In this document: positions 30,293 to 39,834 of the stretch, one piece after another
Layout of the letters: the number at the start of each line of letters is the position of its first letter
How positions within the stretch are numbered: the stretch's first letter is position 1
Assembly: GCA_965216315.1 (NCBI GenBank)
Contig: CBDCFN010000016.1
Coordinates: forward strand, 1,760,001 to 1,824,000
Length of the DNA: 64,000 nucleotides
From: a bacterium
Lineage (GTDB): Bacteria; UBA10199; 2-02-FULL-50-16; JAJFLM01
Direction: 5' to 3'
Program-made: the position numbers and the translations under genes
The notes under the pieces: generated by a model
What the model saw: only the letters and a program-made list of their open reading frames with translations
What the model was told of the DNA's origin: nothing
Database searches by the model: none

Positions 30293-33229
30293 ATGGGCAA
30301 TACGGCGATCGCACGGACAAAAGTCACTAAAGCAGGGAGCACAGCGCGCAAAAAGACCCAACCCAAACTTAAACGCGCGGGCCTGGCGATCTCACGCCAT
30401 TTCACCGTCGAGGGACAGGATCCCCTCGATCAAGTGACGTGGACCCAACGGGATGCGGTCATTACGGAACCCGATGGGACGGTTGTCTTCGAACTCAAAG
30501 ACGCCGAAATCCCTGAGAGCTGGTCCCAGCTGGCGACGGATATCGCGACAGCCAAGTACTTCCGCAAAGCCGGAGTTCCTGACGCCAGTCGCGGAGCTCC
30601 TGGCACCTCGGGCGTCGGAGACGCTGAACCGACGGGACGTGAGACCAGCGTTCGCCAGCTAGTCTATCGCGTAGCCCATACCCTGCGCGTCTCCGGCGAA
30701 GACCAAGGTTACTTTGATGGAGCCGAATCCGCTCAGGCCTTCGAAGATGAATTGACCCATCTCCTCGTGAATCAAATGGGCGCCTTTAATTCACCGGTCT
30801 GGTTTAACTGCGGGCTCTATCACCAATATGGAATCGTCGGCTCGGCAGGCAATTGGTATTGGGATACCAAGAAAGGGGCGCTCACGCCGCTCGACAACTC
30901 CTATGCGCAACCGCAATGCTCGGCCTGTTTTATTCAGAATGTCGATGACGATCTGATGAGTCTGTTTGATCTCGCCAAGAACGAGGCGCGGCTCTTCAAA
31001 TATGGTTCCGGAACCGGAACCAATTTTTCGTCGATTCGTGGACGTCAGGAAAAACTCTCCGGTGGTGGCACCTCATCGGGACTGATGAGTTTCCTCGAAG
31101 TCCTCGATAAAGGGGCCGGAGCCACGAAGTCGGGTGGAACCACGCGCCGCGCAGCCAAGATGGTCTGCCTCGATATGGACCACCCCGAAATTGCTGACTT
31201 CATTACTTGGAAAGAAAAAGAAGAAGACAAGGCCAAGCATCTCATCGCCGCCGGTTATGATGCGGACTTCAACGGCGAGGCCTATCACACCGTATCCGGA
31301 CAAAACTCGAATAATTCGGTCCGTATTACCGACGAGTTTATGGAGGCCTATCTCAATGACGGCGAATGGCAAACAACCATGCGCACCACTGGTGAAGTCT
31401 GCGACACTTACAAGGCCCGCGACTTGATGAAGATGATCGCCCGCGCCGCCTGGTCTTGTGCCGACCCCGGAGTACAATACGACACGACGATTAATGATTG
31501 GCATACCTGTGCGGCGACCGACCGTATTCATGCCTCCAATCCCTGTTCCGAATATATGTTCTTGGATGATTCGGCCTGCAACCTCGCCTCGCTCAACTTG
31601 ATGAAGTTCCGGCGTGCAGACGGTAGTTTCGATGTCGAGGCGTACAGGCACGCCAATCGCGTCTTTATTACGGCTCAAGAGATCATCGTCGACTTTGCCT
31701 CCTATCCGACTAGGACGATTGCACAAAACAGTCACGACTATCGCCCTTTAGGAATCGGTTATGCCAACCTGGGCACGCTGCTCATGACCAATGGCATCCC
31801 TTATGATTCCGACAAGGGACGCGCCTGGGCCGGCGCCATTACCGCCATTATGACAGGCGAATCGTATGCGACCTCCGCCGAAATCGCCGGGGTCACCGGA
31901 CCTTTTCCGGGATTCAAACCCAACCGCGAATCGATGCTCAGGGTCATGAACAAGCACCGTGATGCGGTCCAAGATATTGATGCCCGTTATTGCCCCCAAG
32001 AAATGTTGAGCGCCGCCCAAGATTGTTGGGATCGTGCCGTTGAAACGGGTGAAGAACACGGTTATCGCAATTCACAAACTTCGGTGCTGGCTCCGACCGG
32101 CACGATCGGTCTGTTAATGGATTGTGACACAACCGGTGTCGAGCCTGAATTCTCGCTCGTTAAATATAAGAAGCTCGCCGGGGGCGGCTACTTCAAAATC
32201 ATTAACCAATCGGTGCCACTGGCCTTGCAGCACCTGGGTTACAATGAAGATGAAATCAAAACGATCAATGACTATGTCCTCGAGACCGGCAAGATCGAAG
32301 GCGCGCCCGGGCTCAAAGAAGAGGATCTGCCTGTCTTTGATACCGCCAACCGTAATGGCGATGGTCAACGCTTCATCGACCCGATGGGGCATATCAAAAT
32401 GATGGCGGCCACCCAGCCTTTCTTGTCGGGCGCGATTTCCAAAACCATCAACATCCCCAACGAAGCCGGCATTGAGGATATCGAAAAACTCTACGTCGAA
32501 TCATGGAAGCTTGGTTTAAAGGCGGTCGCCCTCTATCGCGATGGCTGCAAATCATCGCAGCCGCTCAATACGAGCTCGGATGAAGCCGTTGAAGAGGAAG
32601 AAGCTAAAGAAGCCCGCGGTGATCGTGAGTCCCTCCCCTTGCGGCGCAAAGGTTTCACGGTCGAGTCCAGTGTCCGCGGCCATAAAATCTTTCTGCGTAC
32701 GGGTGAATATAACGACGGCCGTCTCGGTGAGATTTTCATCGATATGTACAAAGAAGGTGCCGCCTATCGCAGCTTGGTCAACTGCTTTGCAATCGCCGTC
32801 TCGATCGGCCTGCAATACGGCGTGCCTCTCGAAAAATTCGTGAACAGCTTTACCTTTACGCGTTTCGAACCTCAGGGCATGACGGATCACCCGAATATTA
32901 AGATCTCGACGTCGATCATCGACTTTGTCTTCCGCGTCTTGGGCATGGAGTACCTCGGCCGCACCGATTTTCTCCATTTAAAACCCAAGACGGTTGATGA
33001 AATAGATACCCAGGAAAAAGCCGAACGGGCGATGCTTGAAACCAGTTCGACTGCCGCTTCGGCCGCCCAACCGGTCATTGAAGATGACATCACGCCAGGT
33101 GGGATGGGGGATCATCTCGCGGACATGATGGGCGATGCCCCGGCCTGTGACAGTTGCGGGCACATCACGGTGCGCAACGGCGCCTGTTATAAATGCCTCA
33201 ACTGCGGCAACTCAATGGGTTGCAGTTAA
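30293..33229 (+). CDS. nrdJ: Class II (B12-dependent) ribonucleotide reductase with TSCPD domain and C-terminal Zn ribbon
   Basis: [50 protein letters not shown], and C-terminal C-x2-C...C-x2-C...GCS. Confidence 0.97.
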   Translation: MGNTAIARTKVTKAGSTARKKTQPKLKRAGLAISRHFTVEGQDPLDQVTWTQRDAVITEPDGTVVFELKDAEIPESWSQLATDIATAKYFRKAGVPDASRGAPGTSGVGDAEPTGRETSVRQLVYRVAHTLRVSGEDQGYFDGAESAQAFEDELTHLLVNQMGAFNSPVWFNCGLYHQYGIVGSAGNWYWDTKKGALTPLDNSYAQPQCSACFIQNVDDDLMSLFDLAKNEARLFKYGSGTGTNFSSIRGRQEKLSGGGTSSGLMSFLEVLDKGAGATKSGGTTRRAAKMVCLDMDHPEIADFITWKEKEEDKAKHLIAAGYDADFNGEAYHTVSGQNSNNSVRITDEFMEAYLNDGEWQTTMRTTGEVCDTYKARDLMKMIARAAWSCADPGVQYDTTINDWHTCAATDRIHASNPCSEYMFLDDSACNLASLNLMKFRRADGSFDVEAYRHANRVFITAQEIIVDFASYPTRTIAQNSHDYRPLGIGYANLGTLLMTNGIPYDSDKGRAWAGAITAIMTGESYATSAEIAGVTGPFPGFKPNRESMLRVMNKHRDAVQDIDARYCPQEMLSAAQDCWDRAVETGEEHGYRNSQTSVLAPTGTIGLLMDCDTTGVEPEFSLVKYKKLAGGGYFKIINQSVPLALQHLGYNEDEIKTINDYVLETGKIEGAPGLKEEDLPVFDTANRNGDGQRFIDPMGHIKMMAATQPFLSGAISKTINIPNEAGIEDIEKLYVESWKLGLKAVALYRDGCKSSQPLNTSSDEAVEEEEAKEARGDRESLPLRRKGFTVESSVRGHKIFLRTGEYNDGRLGEIFIDMYKEGAAYRSLVNCFAIAVSIGLQYGVPLEKFVNSFTFTRFEPQGMTDHPNIKISTSIIDFVFRVLGMEYLGRTDFLHLKPKTVDEIDTQEKAERAMLETSSTAASAAQPVIEDDITPGGMGDHLADMMGDAPACDSCGHITVRNGACYKCLNCGNSMGCS

Positions 33230-33276
33230 AGATTTAGGGACAATGGGGAACGTGAATGGGAGAAAAAACTTCCCCG

Positions 33277-33323
33277 CCTCCCTCGACTGGCTGGAGGGTT
33301 CTAGTCGGGGGAGGTTAAATTTT
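33277..33323. terminator. Hairpin between convergent nrdJ and antitoxin genes
   Basis: CCTCCCTCGACTGG / CTAGTCGGGGGAGG stem followed by a T tract. Confidence 0.6.
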
Positions 33324-33632
33324 TTACGCCACCCGCTTCCCCTCCCGGTCCACAAACGCGACGCAGATATCGACCTTCAGCGCGTCACACGCGCGGAGAA
33401 TCCACTTCATCGAGGTATTCTTACCGGAAAATTTTTCATAGACCGCTTGGCGCGAGATATTCATGCGCCGGGCCAGCTCATTCATGCTGACTCCTTTTTC
33501 AGTCATAACCGCACCTAATCCGACAAGTATATCCTTGAAACGAATAAAATTCTGATCTTCAGGATCATTCGCGTCGAGACCTAGCAAGTCGACTACGGAT
33601 ATTTTTCGTGGCTCTTTAGATATTTTTTCCAC
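33324..33632 (-). CDS. XRE-family HTH protein, probable HigA-like antitoxin
   Basis: 'GVSMNELARRMNISRQAVYE' HTH; overlaps the upstream toxin-like gene. Confidence 0.75.
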   Translation of the reverse strand: MEKISKEPRKISVVDLLGLDANDPEDQNFIRFKDILVGLGAVMTEKGVSMNELARRMNISRQAVYEKFSGKNTSMKWILRACDALKVDICVAFVDREGKRVA

Positions 33633-34000
33633 CTCTTTATTCCTCGATTAATGGCATGGCTGAGTTTGCCGCGACTCTTGTGCACGGCAGCAACGATAAC
33701 CGTATTGTTATCGTCGATAATAAAAATAATGCGCCCGCCTTTACAAAGATCTCGTGCCTCCCAAACATCTCCATTTTTTGTCGTCACTTGGCGGTCGAGT
33801 TTCTTTATATATCCACACTTAATATACGGCGCTAACGACTTGGCTTGCTGTCGACACGACGCGACCATCGAGATCACCCAAAAAAGATGTTTGCGCTCGG
33901 CCTTACTCAGTCCAAAGGCAACGGAATCTTTGAAGAGGACATTCTGACCCTCCTCTTCCAGGACCCAGAGGCCCTCTGCTATTTTGAGTATAGCGACCAT
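33593..34000 (-). CDS. RelE/ParE/HigB-superfamily toxin-like protein
   Basis: Basic protein with 'IKKL....GDVWEAR....GRIIF......IV....K' pattern, located upstream of the HTH gene. Confidence 0.6.
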   Translation of the reverse strand: MVAILKIAEGLWVLEEEGQNVLFKDSVAFGLSKAERKHLFWVISMVASCRQQAKSLAPYIKCGYIKKLDRQVTTKNGDVWEARDLCKGGRIIFIIDDNNTVIVAAVHKSRGKLSHAINRGIKRWKKYLKSHEKYP

Positions 34001-34089
34001 AGGCTCCCAATGTAAAGATATATCTTACGGTAAGTTATTTCCTTACATTGACCGTGTTGCTGATCGGCGCGACGCATCCTCCAGTTAAG

Positions 34090-34105
34090 AGCAAATGAGG
34101 TGCCA
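34090..34105 (-). promoter_or_regulatory. Sigma-54 -24/-12 promoter
   Basis: TGGCAC-CTCAT-TTGCT on the minus strand, about 90 bp upstream of the toxin ATG. Confidence 0.65.
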
Positions 34106-34279
34106 ATAATATTTACTTAAATTGCAAAGGTTTACGATTACAGACTTCAGACGACCGTCTCATTCTGGGACACCATGAGACTCACATCGCTATACTCTCC
34201 CCATGCGCTTCGCCATTGAACGAATTAGGTCGCGTCTCCAAAAACACTTAATCCCTCATGATCATAGAGGAGGTGCGGT

Positions 34280-34328
34280 GATCTCGATTGGCATCCCCAT
34301 AGCGTACCTCGGTCACGGTCACGCCGGC
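34280..34328 (-). repeat. 49-bp relic copy of 34442-34490 (gene fragment)
   Basis: 44/49 identical by manual alignment; translates to AGVTVTEVRYGDANRD. Confidence 0.85.
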
Positions 34329-34349
34329 TGACTGCTTTCCTTCCCCAAC

Positions 34350-34844
34350 CTACATCGCGGGGGCCATGGCACGTCCCCCGCCACGCTGCTGATAGAGTAG
34401 CGCGGCCCCATTGGAAAGCCGGACCAGGATATCCGTACGGCGATCTCTATTGACATCCCCGTAGCGTACCTCGCTCACGGTCACACCGGCCGGCAGACTC
34501 CTCAGGAGTCCATCGCGTGTCGCCGCGGAAGCAAGGTCTTCATCCACCTCACTCTGAGCCGCTTCACAACTATTCCGGCCACAGCGTTCCCAACCGACAA
34601 ATATGACCGGCCAAGAACTCCGTCCTGCCAGCGTCATGCTGCGATACCCCGTTTCCAAGCGAAAAAAAGAACTGACGCGCGAACGGCCCGTCCCTAAAGG
34701 AATTTGCGCCTCGACCTGCGTGACGGGACCCTGCGGCGAATCTCCAGTCGTTAGTTGAACTTGATGACTCAATCGACCTTGATCGATCAAGTATTGTGCT
34801 CGCTCCGCAGAAATCTCTGTAGCATGAAACCGAACCCTACTCAT
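34350..34844 (-). CDS. Hypothetical protein with DxNxD Ca-loop-like motif (paralog of 34889-35797 N-half)
   Basis: SD GAAGGAG; collinear with its neighbour (RAQ.LIDQG, FRLE.GYR, SWP..F.GW..CG..SCE.A, VRYGD.N.D..TDILVR.SNGAA). Confidence 0.75.
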   Translation of the reverse strand: MSRVRFHATEISAERAQYLIDQGRLSHQVQLTTGDSPQGPVTQVEAQIPLGTGRSRVSSFFRLETGYRSMTLAGRSSWPVIFVGWERCGRNSCEAAQSEVDEDLASAATRDGLLRSLPAGVTVSEVRYGDVNRDRRTDILVRLSNGAALLYQQRGGGRAMAPAM

Positions 34845-34888
34845 GACGTATCTCCTTCTCGCACCAAATGATGAATCGATTTATTTTT

Positions 34889-35797
34889 TTATGGCCGCCG
34901 ACCCCGCACCCGAATCGTCTCAATGGTGCGGAAGTTTTGCCCATCGGTCGAAACCTCAATAGGAATGGTATGAATCCGACCGTCCGCAGTCTCGACGAGA
35001 TCGCGACCTTGTTGAGCCAATGTAATATGATTGGACCCGGCAGTCACCTCGAAGCGCCTCACTCGGGGTGGCACCCCGGCACGGACATAGAGGGTTCCCG
35101 CGCGCTCGGCCTGAACTGAAAGTCTCACGCTATCCCGATAGTAATAATTGACTGGAATACCGGCAACGCGCACTTGAACATTTCCGGCAGAATTATTGGC
35201 TGGAGGACGCGCGCCGGGTCCCGTCTGTTTCTCTGCACGTGACTCATTGAATGGGTTATCGAGATCATCTTGGGGCACATCCACCCCCAACCTATTTCCT
35301 GGACTTAGTCGCCATCTTTGAGGGCGAAGCAAATCCCTTGGGTTCTGTCTCAACAGATGAGCCGCGCCATTAGAAAATCTGACGAGGATATCCGTTAAAC
35401 CATCATCATTCGCATCTCCATAGCGAACATCGGTGACGGTCACACCTTGAGGAAGACTGCTTATATGTTCATCATTAATCGAGGTCTCGATCCTCGCCTC
35501 ATCGACGATGCGACGTGCGGATTCACAGCTTCCCGTCCCGCAGGGTAACCAACCCGTAAACAGAATCGGCCAAGACACCTGGCCACTAAAAGTCTGAGCT
35601 CGATAACCTAGTTCAAGTCGAAAGTAAGAAAGTTGCCCTTGGTTTCGCAGAGGTATCTGGCCTCCCACATAGAACGTCCGCCCTTGGGGCGTGTCTTGCG
35701 TATTGAGAATGAGTTGCTGATTAAAATGACCCTGATCGATCAGACGTTGGGCGCGGTCTGACGATATTTCAACAGTACGGTACGGTATCGTGCTCAT
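34889..35797 (-). CDS. Hypothetical protein: shared N-domain plus a C-terminal beta-rich domain
   Basis: SD AGGAGG; paralogy as above; C-terminal ~100 aa of alternating beta-strand pattern. Confidence 0.75.
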   Translation of the reverse strand: MSTIPYRTVEISSDRAQRLIDQGHFNQQLILNTQDTPQGRTFYVGGQIPLRNQGQLSYFRLELGYRAQTFSGQVSWPILFTGWLPCGTGSCESARRIVDEARIETSINDEHISSLPQGVTVTDVRYGDANDDGLTDILVRFSNGAAHLLRQNPRDLLRPQRWRLSPGNRLGVDVPQDDLDNPFNESRAEKQTGPGARPPANNSAGNVQVRVAGIPVNYYYRDSVRLSVQAERAGTLYVRAGVPPRVRRFEVTAGSNHITLAQQGRDLVETADGRIHTIPIEVSTDGQNFRTIETIRVRGRRP

Positions 35798-35844
35798 AAC
35801 GAGCCTCCTAGCCGCACCAGTTGTTCATATCAGATGCTTTTTAC

Positions 35845-35869
35845 ATCGACGCGCAGCCCCATATGTTGC
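35845..35869 (-). promoter_or_regulatory. Recurrent motif GCAAC-N14-GTCGAT
   Basis: Minus strand, upstream of ATG 35797. Confidence 0.55.
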
Positions 35870-35942
35870 GTGAAAAGCATTCTCCCCTTTCTTAAAATGA
35901 CATAATTTGTTACCTATTTTCGGCAAAGAACAGAGCATCGCT

Positions 35943-36404
35943 ATGACCAACCCCTACGACCAGATTATCAAGGACATCGACCGCAAGCCCTCCTTCAAAC
36001 GACGTTGGACCGTACGCCTGATATTCGGCGGGTTCATCGCGCTGATGATCGCGGGTCCGGGAGTCGCGGCATTTCCGAGCCTCATCAAACTGACGCAACC
36101 TTTACTCTGCTCGAACGGTGAGATTATCACTCAAAAACATCATCTCGGCTCGGGAACAACTCGAGAATTTACCATCGCTGTTCATTGTCTAAAACCAAAC
36201 GGAGAAAAATCTCCGGTCGGGACCTTTATCTCCATTGTTACCTTATTCGCGCTCTTACTCTTCCCCTGTATGATCGGCATCGCTTTCCTTGGGCAAGTCT
36301 GGAAATGGCATATGATCCGCAAATACGGCCCCAACTACAAAGAACAACTCCGCCGTTCGGCACAGGCCCGCCGGCAACGTTACGCAGAGCGGCAACGCTC
36401 TTGA
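35943..36404 (+). CDS. Hypothetical membrane protein (2 TMs, periplasmic Cys pair)
   Basis: Two hydrophobic segments flanking a C...C loop; basic tail. Confidence 0.6.
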   Translation: MTNPYDQIIKDIDRKPSFKRRWTVRLIFGGFIALMIAGPGVAAFPSLIKLTQPLLCSNGEIITQKHHLGSGTTREFTIAVHCLKPNGEKSPVGTFISIVTLFALLLFPCMIGIAFLGQVWKWHMIRKYGPNYKEQLRRSAQARRQRYAERQRS

Positions 36405-36410
36405 TAGCTT

Positions 36411-37340
36411 TTATTGTGATGGCGGCTCGGAATGAGGCGAAGGATTGTCGTAGAAATTCCCTTGATAAATGAGCATGCGGGGCAAGGGGTAGTCCTTGTG
36501 TGGAATTAATTTAGTGACCCGTTCATGTAACTCCATGACACCATACTCATTGAGGGCTTCAAAAATCCGCACAACACTCTCAATCGCAAAATTCGTCCCG
36601 GGCAACACAAAGAGACGTCTCGAATGAAGGATCTCAAAACTTTCTTTCAAAGACCGAACCAGTTGCGGCACCGGGGTCTCAGCCGTCACATGGGCAACAT
36701 AATGTTTTTTGAGTAAGTCATCGACTATGATAAGTGCAGACGCTGAACCTAAACTCTCAACCGCTAACGCTTCACCAAAACCGGCGAGTATCATCTCGCC
36801 GGCAGTAACGAATTGATGGGGCGTATTCGACCGTGGCGCGGTAATTTGAAGCGTCATCGGCCATGCCTCAGAAATCAAGTTAGTCGCGAGTTTACGTAAG
36901 TGCCGAGTGGTCATGCGCTGCGCCGTCGGCTCGCGCGCGGGCAACTCAGGAATGCGCTCTAAAGGTTCCATTACCTTGCCTATCCAGGAAGGGTGTCGCC
37001 GCCGCGGTGGCAACTTGTTCTCACCTTCTTCCGGAGACGGCACTTGGCCGGTGATCTGCTGAATCAACGTATCAAGCCGCCGCACGCCAACATTCAAACC
37101 CTGAGGCTTGGCAATCAATTTGCGAATATCCTGCGTCGTCGGCCATACGGGAATCTTGTCGGGTTCGAGGCTGTCAATAACTTGCAAGGCCTCGTCCATC
37201 GTGCCCCGTAGCTCAGTTTCTCTATCCGTCGCTTGAGACTGCTCTTGGATTTGTGTCCAGAGAGCCGTTAAATGTATGATGGACGCCGGCCCGGCCGCGC
37301 ATAGCGACATGGACCCCAGCCCCAACCCATGAAATAGCAT
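36411..37340 (-). CDS. Hypothetical protein with C-terminal CheD/CNF1-like fold, Cys replaced by Ala
   Basis: 'LAVESLGSASALIIVD....HYVAHV' resembles the CheD 'T..LGSC.....D......aH' motif. Confidence 0.5.
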   Translation of the reverse strand: MLFHGLGLGSMSLCAAGPASIIHLTALWTQIQEQSQATDRETELRGTMDEALQVIDSLEPDKIPVWPTTQDIRKLIAKPQGLNVGVRRLDTLIQQITGQVPSPEEGENKLPPRRRHPSWIGKVMEPLERIPELPAREPTAQRMTTRHLRKLATNLISEAWPMTLQITAPRSNTPHQFVTAGEMILAGFGEALAVESLGSASALIIVDDLLKKHYVAHVTAETPVPQLVRSLKESFEILHSRRLFVLPGTNFAIESVVRIFEALNEYGVMELHERVTKLIPHKDYPLPRMLIYQGNFYDNPSPHSEPPSQ

Positions 37341-37347
37341 AATTCCC

Positions 37348-37374
37348 CTATCGACGCAGGTTCCAATAAGTTGC
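37348..37374 (-). promoter_or_regulatory. Recurrent motif GCAAC-N14-GTCGATAG
   Basis: Minus strand, 7 nt upstream of ATG 37340. Confidence 0.6.
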
Positions 37375-37410
37375 GTTGTGAATTTCCGTTTATTTTGCTA
37401 CTAGATACGC

Positions 37411-37881
37411 ATGGACGACGCTTCAGAACGGGCCCGGATACAGCTTCATGAGATCTTTCGGGATGCCGACGGCAACGGCATCCCGGACATACTCGAGGGC
37501 AAATTGCGCGGAGAAGACCTCCGCAATCTCGTCAGCTCCCAGTCTAATACCGTCAAGGTATTCGTCGGCGGCAAAGAGTATTCGAACCTCAATGAGCTGC
37601 CCAGCGATAAGAGACAGCAGATCGAACACAGCCTGGATCAATTGGCGCGCATATCGACCCAAGCCGGCAACGTTCTGAAGGGATTCGGCCTCTTCAAACT
37701 CATCAAGTGGTTTACCAAAAAGAAAGGGGCCGACTCGCAAAGGCTTTATACGACCGCATCTACCCCGCAAAACCCACCATCTTACCAGGTCGACGAACGC
37801 TCTTTTTTTGCTAAAAGCCTTCCTTTTTTGCTCGGAGCAGTCATTGTTGGGGCCTTGGCCTACTATCTCTTCGGGAAATAG
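37411..37881 (+). CDS. Hypothetical protein with DxDGNG loop and C-terminal TM
   Basis: 'DADGNGIPDILE', 'GKEYSNLNELP..KR' and a C-terminal hydrophobic helix. Confidence 0.65.
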   Translation: MDDASERARIQLHEIFRDADGNGIPDILEGKLRGEDLRNLVSSQSNTVKVFVGGKEYSNLNELPSDKRQQIEHSLDQLARISTQAGNVLKGFGLFKLIKWFTKKKGADSQRLYTTASTPQNPPSYQVDERSFFAKSLPFLLGAVIVGALAYYLFGK

Positions 37882-38071
37882 GCTTAAACCGCTAATCGAG
37901 CCCCCTAAAAAAATTCTTTCAAAATTTGGCTCTCTTCGCTAGTCTCCGCCAGGATTGTCGCCCGGTCGGCGGGTCCTGTCGCCTTCGCAATCCTTTGGCT
38001 GCGTCTACAGTGACGTTCCAAAGGATCGCTCGCGCCACCCGCCGCACGTTGTTAATTTATGAGGAGGGATC

Positions 38072-38716
38072 ATGAAGTTTATATTAATTGCGCTGACATT
38101 GGCTCTTGCGGGACCTGGTCTGATGGCCTGCAGCAAGTATAAGATGGTCAATGTGGAAGAGGATGAAAAGGCCAAGGCCGAGGAAGCTGAGAAGATGGCC
38201 ATGGAATTAAAAGAGAAGATGGCAAAAGAAGCCGCCGAAAAGGAAGCCGCTGAAAAAGAGAAAGAGCGTGAAGAGCAGCTCAAAGAGCAAGAAGAGAAGA
38301 TTAAAGAACTCGAAGAAAAACTCACTGAGCTTGACGAAAAGAAAGATGACAAGACCAAGGTTGTTGTCGTCCGCGACAAGTCACCGAGTTCGAGTGGATC
38401 TTCAGATAAGCCTGCCGGCAAGCCCAAGGGTTGGGTCCGGCTCTATGACGACAAGGGCTTTACCGACCGCCAGCTGACTATCGGCTTTGGCCGCAACATC
38501 GGCAATTTCCACAACATTAGTTCCGATGATGGTAAGTCTGGCTTTAATGATAAGGCGTCGGCCGTAAAATTCAACGTGCCGCCGGGATGGAAGGCTGTCC
38601 TCTATGAAAACAGCAACTATTCCAAACGCGCCTATCCTTTAAAGGGTCGCGGTGCCATTGCGGACCTGGGATACTTTGGCGACAAGGCCTCATCGATTCG
38701 CTGGGAAAGAAATTAA
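38072..38716 (+). CDS. Lipoprotein with coiled coil and beta/gamma-crystallin domain
   Basis: Lipobox LMAC, E/K-rich coiled coil, and two Greek-key motifs (LYDDKGF...FNDKASAVK; LYENSNY...DKASSIR). Confidence 0.8.
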   Translation: MKFILIALTLALAGPGLMACSKYKMVNVEEDEKAKAEEAEKMAMELKEKMAKEAAEKEAAEKEKEREEQLKEQEEKIKELEEKLTELDEKKDDKTKVVVVRDKSPSSSGSSDKPAGKPKGWVRLYDDKGFTDRQLTIGFGRNIGNFHNISSDDGKSGFNDKASAVKFNVPPGWKAVLYENSNYSKRAYPLKGRGAIADLGYFGDKASSIRWERN

Positions 38717-38738
38717 AAAAATTAGGATAATTAAAATT

Positions 38739-38773
38739 AAAAAACCCGTCAGCGAAAGCTGGCGGGTTTTTTT
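38739..38773. terminator. Bidirectional intrinsic terminator
   Basis: A6-CCCGTCAGC-GAAA-GCTGGCGGG-T7. Confidence 0.9.
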
Positions 38774-38804
38774 GTGAAGCGGAGTTGTTATTCGGATAAA
38801 AAGC

Positions 38805-39023
38805 TTAGCTGTGCCGTCCTCCACGTAGGTCGCTCAAGAAACCCGTGGCTTCTTCCTGGGTAAAATTCGTTGCAATCCGCTCATCCGTCGTTGGCGGGCT
38901 GGGGGTATGAGGATCTTGACCCTTCACAACGTGCTGCCCGTTCCGGGGCCGCCCAACAGGAACACTCGGGACGTTCTCTTGAAGCTTCGGATTATTGCTA
39001 TTAATTGAGAGTCTAAATACCAT
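38805..39023 (-). CDS. Small hypothetical protein (72 aa)
   Basis: Fills the intergenic space; preceded by GCAAC-N16-GACGATAA (39043-39071) and followed by the bidirectional terminator. Confidence 0.45.
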   Translation of the reverse strand: MVFRLSINSNNPKLQENVPSVPVGRPRNGQHVVKGQDPHTPSPPTTDERIATNFTQEEATGFLSDLRGGRHS

Positions 39024-39174
39024 AATTTCGTCCGTGCAGTAGTTATCGTCTCGGGTGGGGTATCGAGTTGCCAGGGAGTCAAAAAAAGCGACAGATCACT
39101 AGTTGAAATCGCTACCCATTTACCCTACAAAACCCAAATTAACACACTTTGAGGGGCCAACCAAGCCGCGAACT

Positions 39175-39822
39175 ATGCGAAAATTATCCAAACCCTGTTT
39201 TATCACCCTTGAAGGCGTCGAGGGCGCCGGAAAAAGCAGTCAAGTTGCTAATATTATTAAATATTTTGAGGACTCTGGCGATTCGATTCTCGCCACGCGA
39301 GAACCGGGTGGAACCTTGATTGCCGACGAGATCCGCCGGCTGCTCGTCGAATCCCACGATGAGCCCTTGGCTCCTCTCGCCGAGCTGCTCCTTTATAATG
39401 CCTCGCGCGTCCAGCACCTCCAACAGTGTATTCGACCTGCGCTCGCCGCCGGGTCTTCTGTGCTCTGCGATCGCTACACGGACGCGACGGTCGCTTATCA
39501 GTCCTATGGACGCCATCTATCCCTGGGAACGGTGACTCAGCTCAACGAATTGGCAACGGACGGTTTAACACCCGACTTGACCCTGCTCTTTGATTGCCCC
39601 CCGGAACTGGGGCTCGCAAGGTCCAAGTCCCGGCTTGCCGCTGAGGCCAGCCGCGAAGACCGCTTTGAAACCGAGGCTCTCGCCTTTCATGAGCGCGTCC
39701 GCGCGGGTTATCTGGAGATAGCCGCGCGACAGAAAGATAGAATGTTCATCATAGATGCAAGCCAAGATGCAACTGAAGTATGGGAACAGATTCAAAAAGT
39801 ATTCACGGATAGAATTGAATAA
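39175..39822 (+). CDS. tmk: Thymidylate kinase
   Basis: FITLEGVEGAGKSSQ, REPGGT, CDRY.DAT.AYQ, PDLT. Confidence 0.96.
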   Translation: MRKLSKPCFITLEGVEGAGKSSQVANIIKYFEDSGDSILATREPGGTLIADEIRRLLVESHDEPLAPLAELLLYNASRVQHLQQCIRPALAAGSSVLCDRYTDATVAYQSYGRHLSLGTVTQLNELATDGLTPDLTLLFDCPPELGLARSKSRLAAEASREDRFETEALAFHERVRAGYLEIAARQKDRMFIIDASQDATEVWEQIQKVFTDRIE

Positions 39823-39834
39823 TTCAGATGAAAT

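Noticed and set aside
30550..30660. Gly/Ala-rich insert in NrdJ as an intein or intron
   Set aside because: Only about 15 aa in a variable loop, with no splicing motifs.
34280..34490. 49-bp repeat pair as a diversity-generating retroelement TR/VR
   Set aside because: The five mismatches (g/t, g/a, a/g, g/c, g/a) are not confined to adenines on either strand, and there is no reverse transcriptase in the window.
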